DNA of 63,062 nucleotides, filler included, from Chiloscyllium plagiosum (Eukaryota), in assembly GCF_004010195.1 (NCBI RefSeq). It is 4 parts of one record of this genome, joined end to end, with 100 filler letters (N's around TTAATTAATTAA, not from the genome) between each part and the next. Parts side by side here need not be neighbours in the genome. Positions count along the whole stretch, not along the records: positions 44,163 to 56,020 come from NC_057713.1; positions 56,121 to 63,062 come from NC_057713.1; 2 more parts are not named here. One strand, 5' to 3'. The notes under the pieces were generated by a model that searched no databases, was not told where the DNA came from, and saw nothing but the letters and a program-made list of their open reading frames with translations. Every line of letters starts with the position of its first letter. Position 1 is the stretch's first letter. Shown piece after piece: positions 49,750 through 61,098 of the stretch. The position numbers were made by a program, and so were the translations under genes.

Positions 49750-51084
49750 CTGGTAAGCAAAATTAAACAACAAAGAAAATAAATAAAACCAAACTTAAAA
49801 AAAATGACGTCCATTTTCAGATACTTAGAGAGTGCTTTAAAATGAAAACGAGACACAAATACAGCAGCAAATGTTTTACCATATCTCTCTTGATTCCCCT
49901 CTTTGTTAAACAAAAAAGTGAGATTGCAATTGTGAAAATACAAACTTTTTTGAACTCATATTTGCAATAAGTTTCATTGATGGGTCAACAAACTGACTCT
50001 TTTAGAGTCCACCTTGATTTTGATATTGCCCATTCAATTCTGGAAGCCTAGATTTCAGGAGCATTCTGACATTCTGCAGTTGCATTGTTTCATTCAAAAA
50101 GAGACTCTGCATGTTGCAATATATGTCACATTGTTTTGACAGTTTGAGTTTTTTAAAATCACACATTGTAACTTTTCATGGAAACATTTAACATTCTCAG
50201 TCTTGATCACAGCCTTACACACAAATCTTTTCTTTCATTTCTTTCTATTGACTTTTCCTCTGACAAAGCCAAATACTCAAAATAAATCAGCAGCAAAAGT
50301 CCTGTAAATTAGATATGAAAGAGGTTACAATATCAATTCAGAGGATGGCAATATTAAACGTACAAAGAGGAAGCAGAAGCACTAGCATTTACAGTACATG
50401 GAGGAAGGCACATCCAATCAAGCAGTAATATTACTCTGCATTTTATGGCATAGGATTTTAACAAATAATCCAGGCAGTTTAAGCCTGAGAATTTAGAAAA
50501 ATCTAAATGCATAGTGAAGCACTTAGGAACACGTTCCAGTTTAATCAGCAGTTTTCTCCATACAGCATTGCACTGGACATAAAATGGCTGATTCAGCTGG
50601 ATATATAAGCAAACTCAAGTGTCCTATTTAAAATTTTTACATGAAAGTAGGTCATTATTGTATTTCCTTGTAAAGTTTTGCCCCTCCATCACTCAGCTTC
50701 ACAAACACATGCACATGCTGAATCAGTCCACTTATTTAAAAAAAAGTGTACTGGCACAGCTGCTTGCTAATCTAATGGAAAGTTCCCTTTGAAGAAGAAA
50801 GTTAGTTCCACAAAACCAAAGAAACAGCAGTCAAATCTCTCTATCTCACACTCACTTTTAGTTACATCAAGAAGAGAAGCACACTCCAAAAACAAACAAG
50901 CGTAGATCACAAAAATGGAGCTACTAAATTAAATGACAAATTAATAATATACTTTAGTGTCGGACAGCATCAGCCAATGCATTTGCCACATGCTGATTTG
51001 GCTACAGACTAATATCAAGTTAATGATGTGCAGTTTTAGACCCAAACAATATTGAGTTTTATTAAAATTGTAGCACTGTCTATG

Positions 51085-51310
51085 GAAGGTAAAACCATAG
51101 TCCCAGTGGACCACAGGCCTGCTCTCTCATGAAGAGAGAGAGAGAGAGGACTAGTGGCAAGTTTAAACTGAGGGTCACCATGTCGCAGGAGAGGGGTGAG
51201 CTTGAGGTGGTGAGACTTTCGTGGTGACCTCGGCTAGGACTGAACTTGTATATTGACATCACACAATATCGCAAACTTGCTGTCCAGACAACTGAGTCGA
51301 CTGATCCCGC
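51085..51310 (-). mobile_element. SINE family 3 in the RIMS2 intron
   Basis: Homologous to 31343-31535. Confidence 0.65.
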
Positions 51311-52292
51311 AGCATGTTTGAATAGAAGTGCCATTCACTAGGCCGCTGCGTTCATCAATGTCTAATTGAGGAAGGAAGAATCAATCATATCTGAAGGGTC
51401 TTTTGCATAAAGAAGTTAAGTAGTCTGTCAATAGTTACTTTACTTGATTCCTGCCACTCTGGGTGTCTTTGAATGATAATACATTTAGATCTGTGGGACC
51501 TCTCTGCCAAGCATTGTAAACAAAGGGCTAACCATCAGAAGGTTTATGTTCTGACTTCTCTCAAAATTTTCTGAGAAATCTAGTGACATAGTTCACACTA
51601 ACAAGAGAATTTTACTTTGTTTAGTTGATAGCTAGCAGTTTTCTCAGAATAGTCGAAGTGCATGAACAATGGACAGTATTCAAAGCCCACAAATGCAGTA
51701 TGGATTGTGCGATTTTTGGCAAGCTGTGTCAGTGCCACAATATCCAAATATGTTCACAATGGATCTATTGAAATGAGCGATTCAAAGGTATAGGCATGAC
51801 TGGCAAATGAGAGATGTTTGCCATAAGCCAAACTTCTATTAAATATCTAGATGCTACGTTTAGAAGTGGCATGTGAGAAATGTAAGCAAAGCAAGAATCA
51901 GAGCTCAGTAGCAATACATAAAAGCTTGTTGAATCTTCTCCCTTTCCAAACTTCTGAATATATTAAGTTTGAGGAAGTGGAGAGTTTTCTTTTGAAGACA
52001 TGCTATTATTCAAGAGATCAAAGCACATTGTGCTCAGAAACAGGACATTTCAAATGTGTATAGGTTCGCTATTCAACAAGTGCTGGATTGCAAAATCCAT
52101 TTGATGTTGACTCCTGGAGTTGACGGTGTAGTATCTTCATTTCTGACCTAAAACCTCTTTTCAAAATATTGCCTATGATCATATTAGGATTGCATATTTT
52201 TATATTTATTTTCCACCATATGGTGAGTGACTAACCATGATACATTTGTTACACAACACCAGGTTATAGTCCAACAGGTTTAATTGGAAGCA

Positions 52293-52327
52293 CACTAGCT
52301 TTCGGAGAGTCGCTCGTTCATCAGGTG
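52293..52327 (-). ncRNA. Hammerhead motif, family A, sense to the RIMS2 pre-mRNA; stem II damaged
   Basis: CAC-CUGAUGA-A-CGAGC(GAC)UCUCC-GAAAGCUA-GUG; core intact, two stem II mismatches. Confidence 0.6.
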
Positions 52328-52487
52328 GTAGAAATATCTATTAGCCATCTAGCTTTGTAAGGAATAGCTGGGCTTCCTCTTGATTATAGACGCACCCAAT
52401 TCAGTGACTGATCCAAGCATATTAAACAAGAAACTATTGACTAGCTTTTGAGAGTCCAGCTTGCTTGCCTGGCTAACACTCCACTAC

Positions 52488-52522
52488 CACCTGATAAAGG
52501 AGCAACGTTCCGAAAGCTAGTG
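52488..52522 (+). ncRNA. Hammerhead motif, family A, core mutated (CUGAUAA)
   Basis: CAC-CUGAUAA-A-GGAGC(AAC)GUUCC-GAAAGCUA-GUG; G8>A, so likely inactive. Confidence 0.55.
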
Positions 52523-53470
52523 CTTCTATAGTCTGTTGGACGATAATCTGGTGTTGTGTGATTTTTAACTTTGTACACCCCAGTCCAACACTGGCATCTC
52601 CAAATCATGATACATTTGGAAAGCATCAAAATCTTGGTGTGATTAATAGCATCTTGACTAGCACTGAACTCGGGAAATCTACTGGATTTTTGACATTTAT
52701 AGGAAATGGGCAGAACTCATCAAAGACAGCGATGCAGTTGCACAGTTTCTACAATTTCATAGTTTGCTTTGTGGTCACCTTTACACCCATCGAAACAAAG
52801 CTAATGTCATTGGTGGTCGACATGAGACCAGAGATTCCTTAACTCAATGCATCAATACACAGAATGAGGCCAAGCATACCAGCCATTCATTGGGCATAAG
52901 AAGATCTAACTGGTTCGGTGGAAGTGTTGAGGGGATGGAGTGTAAGGTGAGCACCAAAGATATACCAATAGTGTTGCTTGCAACCTTCTGTCAAATGCAA
53001 GTATTAAGCCCCACATACCCCTTAACTGATCTCAGTATAATCAATACTGGAGGGAGCAAAACTAGAGGACTATTGACCATGGATGAAGCCAAAGGAAAAG
53101 TTTGTAAGAAGAAGTCTTTGTTGGATGAAACATCTGATCTTTTGCTGCTTATTACCATGAAGTAGGATGCTTGGTCGCTAATGACACCAAAATAACTCAA
53201 AAGGGCTTTATATATTTTTCCAAGCTTAAATCAAAAGCATTTTTTGTAAAACGAAACTGTCCTTTGAATCTGAACGACACTCAGTTCCTGACCTTGAAAT
53301 TTTACCAAACATAGTAATTTCACTAATACCACTCAACATAAGGTATCATATTGTGTGTGTAGGAATTAACATCTATGACTACTAAATTTGAATCATTAAT
53401 CTGAGATAATTAATATAATAAAATACAATATATGATTATTATGATTATAATGTATGTAGTGTTTACATAC

Positions 53471-53583
53471 TGAAAGCTGTCCAGGCAGGAATTGTGGAGC
53501 ATCACGCAACATTCCAGGACTCATGGGGGACGTGACAGAAATGGAGGTGCGTTCCATCTTCTGAGACTCAAATGAGCTAGAAC
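53471..53583 (-). CDS. RIMS2: RIMS2 (RIM2) internal coding exon, 113 nt, PDZ-C2A linker: (x)SSSFESQKMERTSISVTSPMSPGMLRDAPQFLPGQLS
   Basis: Minus strand reads cacag|GTTCTAGC...CAGCTTTCA|gtatgt, with canonical splice sites and an open frame (2 nt + 37 codons). The peptide matches my recollection of vertebrate RIM2 (SSSFESQKMDRPSISVTSPMSPGMLRDVPQFLSGQLS) better than RIM1 (..VISPTSPGALKDAPQVLPGQLS). It is not in the supplied ORF track. Confidence 0.95.
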
Positions 53584-55365
53584 CTGTGTTTTGAAGTGGT
53601 GTTTGTTAATTGTTCTACATGTAATTAATAAGAAGTGAATGTACATTTAACAGTTGTGATAAATTTGAAAGAGAACTTTAAACAAAAACACAGAAATGAA
53701 GGAAATTACTAACATTAAAGTGACAATGAAAACCTAACCTTGCACCTGCTCAAAACCAGAAAGGGAGACTATTAATACTGAGAAGATGATGCTCGAACAT
53801 AGTGATGTGATTTAGCTCACTATATTCTGTCTCTGGAAGTGGAAGTAAATGGACTGAAAATAATCATTCTTCAATACAGAAATGTTCTGAATACAGAAGA
53901 TGAGTATATGATGGATGAAAGACTGCAAATGCCCAATTCATCACTAATGATTTTTGAATTCTTTAATAAACATGCCCCAATGTTCACATAAATCAATTGC
54001 ATTGCTTTGCTGTGACCAAAAAACTTTGCACTTTTCAATTTCTGTTTTTTGTGCGTAGTCATGTGTGTCGGAAAAACAAAAGACAAAGACAGTACAGAAG
54101 ATTTAACTTAAAGGAGTGATTGTCCAAGTAAGTGAAAAGGAATGTTCTGGAAAGAAAAACTGAACTCATGTTTTATTAAGCAGGAGTTTTTAGGTGCTAG
54201 TTATATTTGGTCAACAAATGATCCACGTTTATTGAATACATCTCAAATTTTGAGTTTCTGATTTTCTGATTAAAATAGCCATTAGTTTAATTGGCTAATC
54301 TGCTTCTTCAGTATGTGTTGGCAAGTCTTCTATATTCAATATCACTCCTTGTTAACTGTGGCAAGTATTATAGTATGCGTTAATTATGGTCAATGCATAT
54401 TATTTTCACCATGCAGTCTTACAGACTGCAGCATTATTCTTACTGACTGTGACTATTGAGGGTTAACATCAGTCTGTAGTCTTAAGGGGTAAGAATGAAT
54501 TTTGGGTCTTGGTTTCTTCAAAAAGTTAAATTAACTGTAATTATCTTATTACCTTAACTGTCAGAACACAATGCTCAGACATGTCCCTCAGATGTAGGGA
54601 TGTTTGATGGACACGGTAAAAATCTTTTTCACTATTGAGATGGTTGCATAAATGCTAGTAGGCAGTACAGATATTGAATAAATCAAATACTTTCTAATCA
54701 AACTGCAGAAGGTGAATTGTGTAAATTACCATAACTGGGTTGGAACTCCATAAAAGTAAGTGCTCCACGTTTAGTTCAATCCAACAGAGAAGACCCAAAA
54801 AAACTGCTTCTGTCAGACTGTAGAAGTTGTCTGGATTGCAAGGATTTTGAAGACAATGATTGATGATGTCAATTACAGAAATTTACAGTAAAGGAGGAGG
54901 CCATTCCGCTCATTATGTTCACAGAGGGCAACAAAGATCTGACTGCCCTAACCCTATTATCTAGCTTTTTGCCAACAGCCCTGGAAACTATGACGATGCA
55001 AGTGAATATTTAAAATTCTGAAACAGTATGAGAGTTTATGACTCAATCTATGTTCAGGCAGTGAGTTCCAGATTCCCACAACCCTGAGCGAAAACTTCGA
55101 GAGTCAACTCTCCTCTTAGCCTTCTACCTCTTAACTTAAATATCTGTCTCCTGGCTTTTGACCTTCCCGCTAATGGAAAGTGTGCTTTCCTATGCACCCT
55201 ATATTTGAATAACCTCCATGGCTCTTAGTCTATGCCTTAGCAATTAAAGGCAACCTTAGGGTTTGGGGCCTCGCCTTGGATCTCAGAGGTTGAGACTATT
55301 AGAACCTAGAGCAGCAGTGATTATGATAAGTAACTTTTTTGTTTGACTTACATTGGACTTCAAGA

Positions 55366-56020
55366 TAGAGTCATAGAGATGTACAGCATGGAAACAGACC
55401 CTTCGGTCCAACATATCCATGCTGACCAGATATGCCAACCCAATCTAGTCCCACCTGCCAGCACATGATCCATATCCCTCCAAACCCTTCCTATTCATAT
55501 ACCCATCCAAATGCCTCTTAAATGTTGCAATTGCACCAGCATCCACCTCTACCTTTGGCAGCTCATTCCATACACGTACCACCCTGTGTGTGAAAAAGTT
55601 GTCCCCTAGGTCTCTTTTATATCTTTTCCCTCTCACCCGAAACCTATGCCCTCTAGTTCTGGACTCCCCGACCCCAGGGAAAAGACTTTGCCTATTTACC
55701 CGATCCATGCCCATCATAATTTTGTAAACTTCTATAAGGTTACCCCTCAGCCTCCAAAGCTCCAGGGAAAACAGCCCTAGCCTGTTCAGCCTCTCCCTAT
55801 AGCTCAAATCCTCCAACCCTGGCAACATCTTTGTAAATCTTCTCTGAACCCTTTAAAGTTTCACAACATCTTTCCAATAGGAAGGAGACCAGAATTGCAC
55901 ACAATATTCCAACAGTGGCCTAACCAATGACCTGTACAGCCACAACATGACCTCCTAACTCCTGTACTCAATACTCTGACCAGTAAAGGAAAGCATACCA
56001 AACACCTCCTTCACTATCCT
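55366..56020 (-). mobile_element. CR1 LINE 3' end running into the gap
   Basis: ORF 55445-55828 MLPGLEDLSYRERL...WNELP. Confidence 0.92.
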
Positions 56021-56120
56021 NNNNNNNNNNNNNNNNNNNNNNNNNNNNNNNNNNNNNNNNNNNNTTAATTAATTAANNNNNNNNNNNNNNNNNNNNNNNN
56101 NNNNNNNNNNNNNNNNNNNN
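56021..56120. other. Artificial 100-nt contig spacer
   Basis: N44-TTAATTAATTAA-N44. Confidence 0.97.
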
Positions 56121-56383
56121 AGCTGGAAGTTTTTGTTGCGAACGTTTCGTCCCCTGGCTAGGCGATATGCTCCTGTCCCCATTTTTCACCTTTTCCCGTC
56201 CCCACTTTTCTGGGAGCATATCCGGTTGACAACCGGAAGCGGCAGGGACAGGCCACTATAAACACCGGAGGAAACATCAAAGAAGCGCTTCGCAGGAGGC
56301 TCCCAAGCACTGATGATGTCGCCTAGCCAGGGGACGAAACGTTTGCAACAAAAACTTCCAGCTCGGCGAACAGAACCACAACA
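56121..56383 (+). mobile_element. Young PLE terminal repeat (family C) with inverted partial copy, abutting a CR1 tail (56385-56655)
   Basis: 56121-56166 is the inverse of about 56318-56363; CpG-rich; TATAAA near 56260; intact hammerhead. Confidence 0.78.
56307..56346 (+). ncRNA. Minimal hammerhead motif, family C (Penelope/Poseidon-type terminal repeat), intact core
   Basis: GCA-CUGAUGA-U-GUCGCCU(AGCC)AGGGGAC-GAAAC-GUU-UGC. Confidence 0.78.
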
Positions 56384-56654
56384 GGGGAGATAGCTTTAAA
56401 TTGAGGGGTTATAAATTTTGGACAGATATCAGGGGTGGTTTCTTTACTCAGAGAGTAGTCGGGGCCTGGAACGGCCTGCTGCAACAGTAGTAGACTCGCC
56501 GACATAAAGAGCCTTTAAATGGTTATTGGACATACATATGGATAATAATGGAACAGTGTGGGTTAGATAGGCATCAGATTAATTTCATAGGTCGGCGTAA
56601 TATTGAGGGGAGAAGGGTCTGTACTGTGCTGTAACATTCTATGTTCTAAGTTCT

Positions 56655-56880
56655 AATCCACTTAACCTACATGTCCCTCGACACTATGGGCAATTTAGCA
56701 TGGCCAGTCCACCTAACCTGCACATCATTGGGCTATGGGAGGAAACCAGAGCACCCAGAGGAAACCTACACAAACACATGGAGATGTGCAAACTCCATAC
56801 AGTCACCTGAGGGTGGAATCAAACCCGGATGTCTGGTGCTGTGAGGCAACAGTGTTAATAACTGAGCCACTGTGCTGCCA
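56655..56880 (-). mobile_element. HE1 SINE
   Basis: Reverse-complement HE1 head and core. Confidence 0.82.
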
Positions 56881-56967
56881 AAATGATTTAAATTTGGTTC
56901 ATGAAACTTTATCGTGACAGAACTATGACTACATCCTCTGGCAGCTTTTTCCATTGTGGAACAAAGG

Positions 56968-57195
56968 AAGAAATTGCTGGAGAAACTCGGTCAGTCTGAC
57001 AGCATTTGTGGCAAGAACGCAGAGTTAATGCTCCAAGCCCAGTGACTATTCTTCAGAATAGTTTTGAAGAAGGGTCACTGGATCTGAAATATTAACTTTG
57101 CTTTCTCTCCATAGATGCTGCCAGACCTGTTGAGTTTCTCCAGCATATTGTGTTTTTGCTTCATATTTCCGACATTCGCAGTTCTCGGTTTTATT
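56968..57195. repeat. Fold-back PLE terminal-repeat derivative
   Basis: Arms tgctggagaaactc and gagtttctccagca; central inverted eroded cores (ttgaagaagggtcactggatctgaaatattaac). Confidence 0.75.
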
Positions 57196-57699
57196 TTATT
57201 GTTACATTGTGTGATTACCTTTGGGAAGAAAGGATATTGATATGCTGTCTTGGAAGGAAATCGTCTTTGTGGTTAGTGTTGTGTTTTACAATTGTTAGAG
57301 TTGAACAGATACCTTTTTCTGTAGATTCCCACCAGCCCATTCCACATGGAACATGATCAGTCTATTCTTTTTCTCAGCCTTTGCTCTGGTGGTTTCCATT
57401 CCAAATCTCTACCATTGCAAGTGATCGGTCGTGCTGAATTTTCCAAATTCGTCACCAGTGAGAATCAGGGATTCTGCACATAAGGTTGTTTCTCACCTCA
57501 CTGATACTGCTGGCCCGGAGTATTTCCAGCACTTTCAGTTTTGATTCCAAAGGATCTTTGGCCTGAAACATTAAGTCTGTTTCTATCCTGCCTGAGCTGC
57601 TGAGTAACTTCTGTTTTTGCTCAAAATTACAAGTTCAAGCAAATATAATGAGAATGGTATTTTAGTATGGATGACAGAGATACGGTCCATTATTTATGA

Positions 57700-58655
57700 A
57701 TCCTTCTTTAGAGATCGCAATTTCCATTCTCACATGGTTGAACATGCCCTCCAAAGCATCTCATCCACATCCCGCACCTCCGCCCTCAAACCCCACCTCT
57801 CCAACTGTAACAAGGACAGAACGCCCCTGGTGCTCACCTTCCACCCTACCAACCTTCGCATAAACCACATCATCTGCTAACATTTCCGCCACCTCCAAAC
57901 GGACCCCACCACCAGGGATATATTTCCCTTCCCACCCCTTTCCACTTTCCACAAAGACCGCTCCCTCTGTGACTACCTGGTCAGGTCCACACCCCCCCAT
58001 CAAACCACCGTCCCATCCTGGCACCCCCCACCCCCGCCACCGCAGGAATTGCAAAACCTGTGCCCACACCTCCTCCCTCACCTCCATCCAAGACCCCAAA
58101 AGAGCATTCCACATCCATCAAAGTTTCACCTGCGCATCCACCAATGTCATTTATTGTATCCGTTGCTCCAGATGCGGTCTCCTCGACATTGGGGAGACTG
58201 GACGCCTCCTTGCAGAGCACTTTAGGGAACATCCCTGGGACACCCGCATCAATCAACCCCACCGCCCCATGGCCCAACATTTCAACTCCCCCTCCCACTC
58301 TGCAGAGGATATGCAGGTCCTGGGGCTCCTCCAACGCCATTCCCTCACCACCCGACGCCTGGAGGAAGAACGCCTCATCTTCCGCCTCAGAACACTTCAA
58401 CCCCAGGGCATCAATGTGGACTTCACCAGTTTCCTCATTTCCCCTCCCCCACCTTACCCCAGTTCCAACCTTCCAGCTCAGCACCACCCTCATGACATGT
58501 CCCCCTGGAGGCTTCCTGCCTCCATTCCTGATGAAGGGCTTTTGCCCAAAATGTTGATTTTCCTGCTCCTTGGATGCTGCCTGACCTGCTGTGCTTTTCC
58601 AGCACCACTCTGATCTAAATTCTGGTTTCTAGCATCTGCAGTCCTCACTTTTACC
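57700..58655 (+). mobile_element. PLE (Neptune-type) GIY-YIG endonuclease region and terminal repeat
   Basis: ORF 57969-58613 NCKTC...FTCASTNVIYCIRCSRCGLLDIGETGR...RRLEEERLIFRL; decayed hammerhead at about 58524-58558. Confidence 0.9.
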
Positions 58656-58739
58656 TACCTATTATATTTATGGTGTATGGTTCTGGATTTCTTACCACCC
58701 CTGTGTTGGCTGGGTTACTTTAGCTCCCAGGTCTCCACT

Positions 58740-59158
58740 TTTAAATCCTCATCCTTGTTTTCGACTCCTTCCAACGTCTTCCACCCAATCCCCTCCCCAA
58801 AATCCCATCTCCTATCTCTATTAACCCTGCTCCAGCATCACCACCCTCTGGCTAACTGCACTCCAATAGTTCTGACCTCTTGCATATTGCTAGTGATGAA
58901 TGCTCCATTGGTGACTCTGCTGTCAGCGTCCTAGGCCCCACAAATTTTGGAATTCCCTTTGTATACCTCTTTTGTCTCTCTACCTCACTTCCCTCCTTTC
59001 AGACACTGCTTAAAACTAACGTCTTTTTGGAATTTTTTGGTTATCTGACCAACTATCTCATTATGTGATTTGGCATCAATGTTATTCTAATGCTCCCATA
59101 AAGCACCTTGGGAAGTTTCATTACATAAATGGTACGATATCAACATAAATTGTTGTTT
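58740..59158 (+). mobile_element. L2-clade LINE 3' end
   Basis: FQTLLKTNVF similarity and an aagcaccttgggaagtttcattac...ttgttgtt tail. Confidence 0.65.
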
Positions 59159-59739
59159 GAGGAAATGCTCGATCCTTAGGAACAGCAAAGAGGAGACAGA
59201 GAGGAGACTCATGGCTTCTGTTTAACCCAGCCATAACCTTGGCAGTTCCACAAATGGAGGCCCAGTGGTTGGAGTGGATTTCATCTTCTGATGTTCAGTT
59301 GCCTCGAGCAAGTTCTGGGCTTTTCTGCAAATGAGGGAGTCAAAGGGAAAATGTAAAGATGGATCTTGCAATATGGCTCAAAATTTGTTTTCAGTATTTT
59401 CTTGTTTGAAGACTTGGGCAGGCTGTTTATTCTGAGGTTTGAAATTTTTTCCCATTATAAACTTGGCCAATTTTTCAACTTGTGTCTTCGGGTAAAACTG
59501 GTGCTGTGGAACTTCACAAAACTCCTGGTGATGTTTGTAATGTGGTACAGAATGTGATGCATTTTCTGCTTCGTGCTCTGGACTTGATCAATCTCAATTA
59601 TGCCTGCAACAAAGAACATTCATAATTATAAACAATTACCAAAGTGATTTATTACTGCTCTGACCCACTCAGACATTAACACCTTTACTGGCTCCAGGGC
59701 TATAAATCTACAATCAGATCTATTCAGTCAACAAAACGA

Positions 59740-61095
59740 CACTAACTTGTATTTACATAGCACCTTTAATGTTCAAAAAAGTAGCAGGAGTCACAAGAGC
59801 ATTTTAAAAACATTTGTATACAATGAGTCAGGATTAGGAAGTGTTTTAAAGAAGGAAAGTGTGATGGAGAGGCTGAAAGGCATAGAGAAGGGATTCTGGA
59901 GCTTAAGATGTAGGCATCTCAAAGTGCAGCCACCATTAGTAAGGAAATTAAGATTGGGGACAGACAAAAGGCCAGAATTCACAAGAGTGCAGGTATCCCT
60001 GAGGGTTCTGGGGCTGGAGGAGATTGAAAAGATAGGGTGGGGTAAGGCCATAGAGGGGCTTGAAAATAAGGTGGAGAATTTTAAAATCAAGCTGTCGTTT
60101 GACTGGGACCTATTTTAGATCAGCGACCCAGAGATGAAAGGAAAAATGGGACATGGTTTAGGACATGGTGGTTTAGGCAACAGAGTTTTCCATAACCTCA
60201 CATTTATGGAAGGCAGAAGGTGGGCAGCTAAGCCAGGAATGCATTGGAATAATCGAGTCAAAAAAAGGCTTGTGTAAGGGCTCCAGCAGCAGATCAGCTG
60301 AGACAGGGTCAAGTCGAGATGAAAATGGGTGGTATTAGTGATGAAATGAATATGCAGTCTGAAGTTCAGCTCAAGGTCTAAGGCAATACCAGGGTGGTAA
60401 ACTGGCTGGCTTTATCTCAGATTGTTGTCAGGAAGAAGGACAGACTCTTTCGATAGGGAGTTAGGAGTGGGGACTAGAAGCAATGACTTTTGTCTTACAA
60501 TAATCAGTTGGAGGAAATTTCTGCTCATCCAGCAAGCGATGTTGGATAAAGTGATAAATTTAGCAGCAGTGGACGAGTCAAGACAGTGTAGGTAGGTGGC
60601 ATCAGAGTATGTGTAAAATCAAATGCTGTGTTGAAGGATAGTGTGTAGGTGTGACATAAGAGGAGGTGAGGGGTGGGAGGTGGTGTGGTGAAGAGAAAAA
60701 TCCTTGGGAGCTCCAGAGCTATTGATAAGAGACTTAGAAAAAGAGCCTTTGCAAGTCCCTGACTACAACTAACTAGATAAGAATGGAATCAGGCGAGAGC
60801 AGTCCTACTGAACAGGATGACAGTGGAGAACTGTTGGAGGAGCAACATGAGGTCAACCAACTCAAAGTCTGCTGATAGGCTACAGCACGAGAACTTACGT
60901 CTTTTTGATTTGTGGGGTTGAAACATGGAGTTCTGGGAAAGATGTGATGGATTTGGGAGGTGACAACATGTTCAAGAAAGCTGGAGGAGTCAGGGGTAAT
61001 GGACATGATAGTTTGCAAGGAGGTGGGGTCAAGAGTTGATTAATTGAGGAGAGGACTGATGACAGAACAATAAAAGGATTTGATTTGAGCTGCAT
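59740..61095 (-). mobile_element. Ancient L2-clade LINE fragment
   Basis: Pyrimidine-rich antisense with L2-like LKFSTLFSSP..LPHP segments; tail at about 59740-59770. Confidence 0.55.
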
Positions 61096-61098
61096 GTT

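Larger units (their letters stand above)
52249..52605 (+). mobile_element. Non-autonomous PLE-type insertion (inverted partial repeat, about 150-bp spacer, repeat) with 13-bp TSD
   Basis: catgatacatttg at 52236-52248 and 52606-52618; 52251-52331 is the inverse of 52484-52560. Confidence 0.82.

Noticed and set aside
49500..51060. AT-rich tract with minus-strand AATAAA, first read as a 3' UTR
   Set aside because: Better explained as intronic flank of the RIMS2 microexon; there is no terminal coding exon.
52764..53165. 133-aa plus-strand ORF in unique sequence
   Set aside because: Non-ATG start, no motifs, and it lies antisense within the RIMS2 intron.
54059..54127. Plus-strand exon-like segment (gcgtag|...CCAA|gtaagt)
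   Set aside because: Stop codons in all three frames and no other support for an antisense transcript.
57969..58613. 214-aa GIY-YIG ORF as a functional or domesticated nuclease
   Set aside because: YIG is mutated to DIG, there is no true start, stops lie upstream, and the C-terminus reads through the terminal repeat; a decayed PLE copy.
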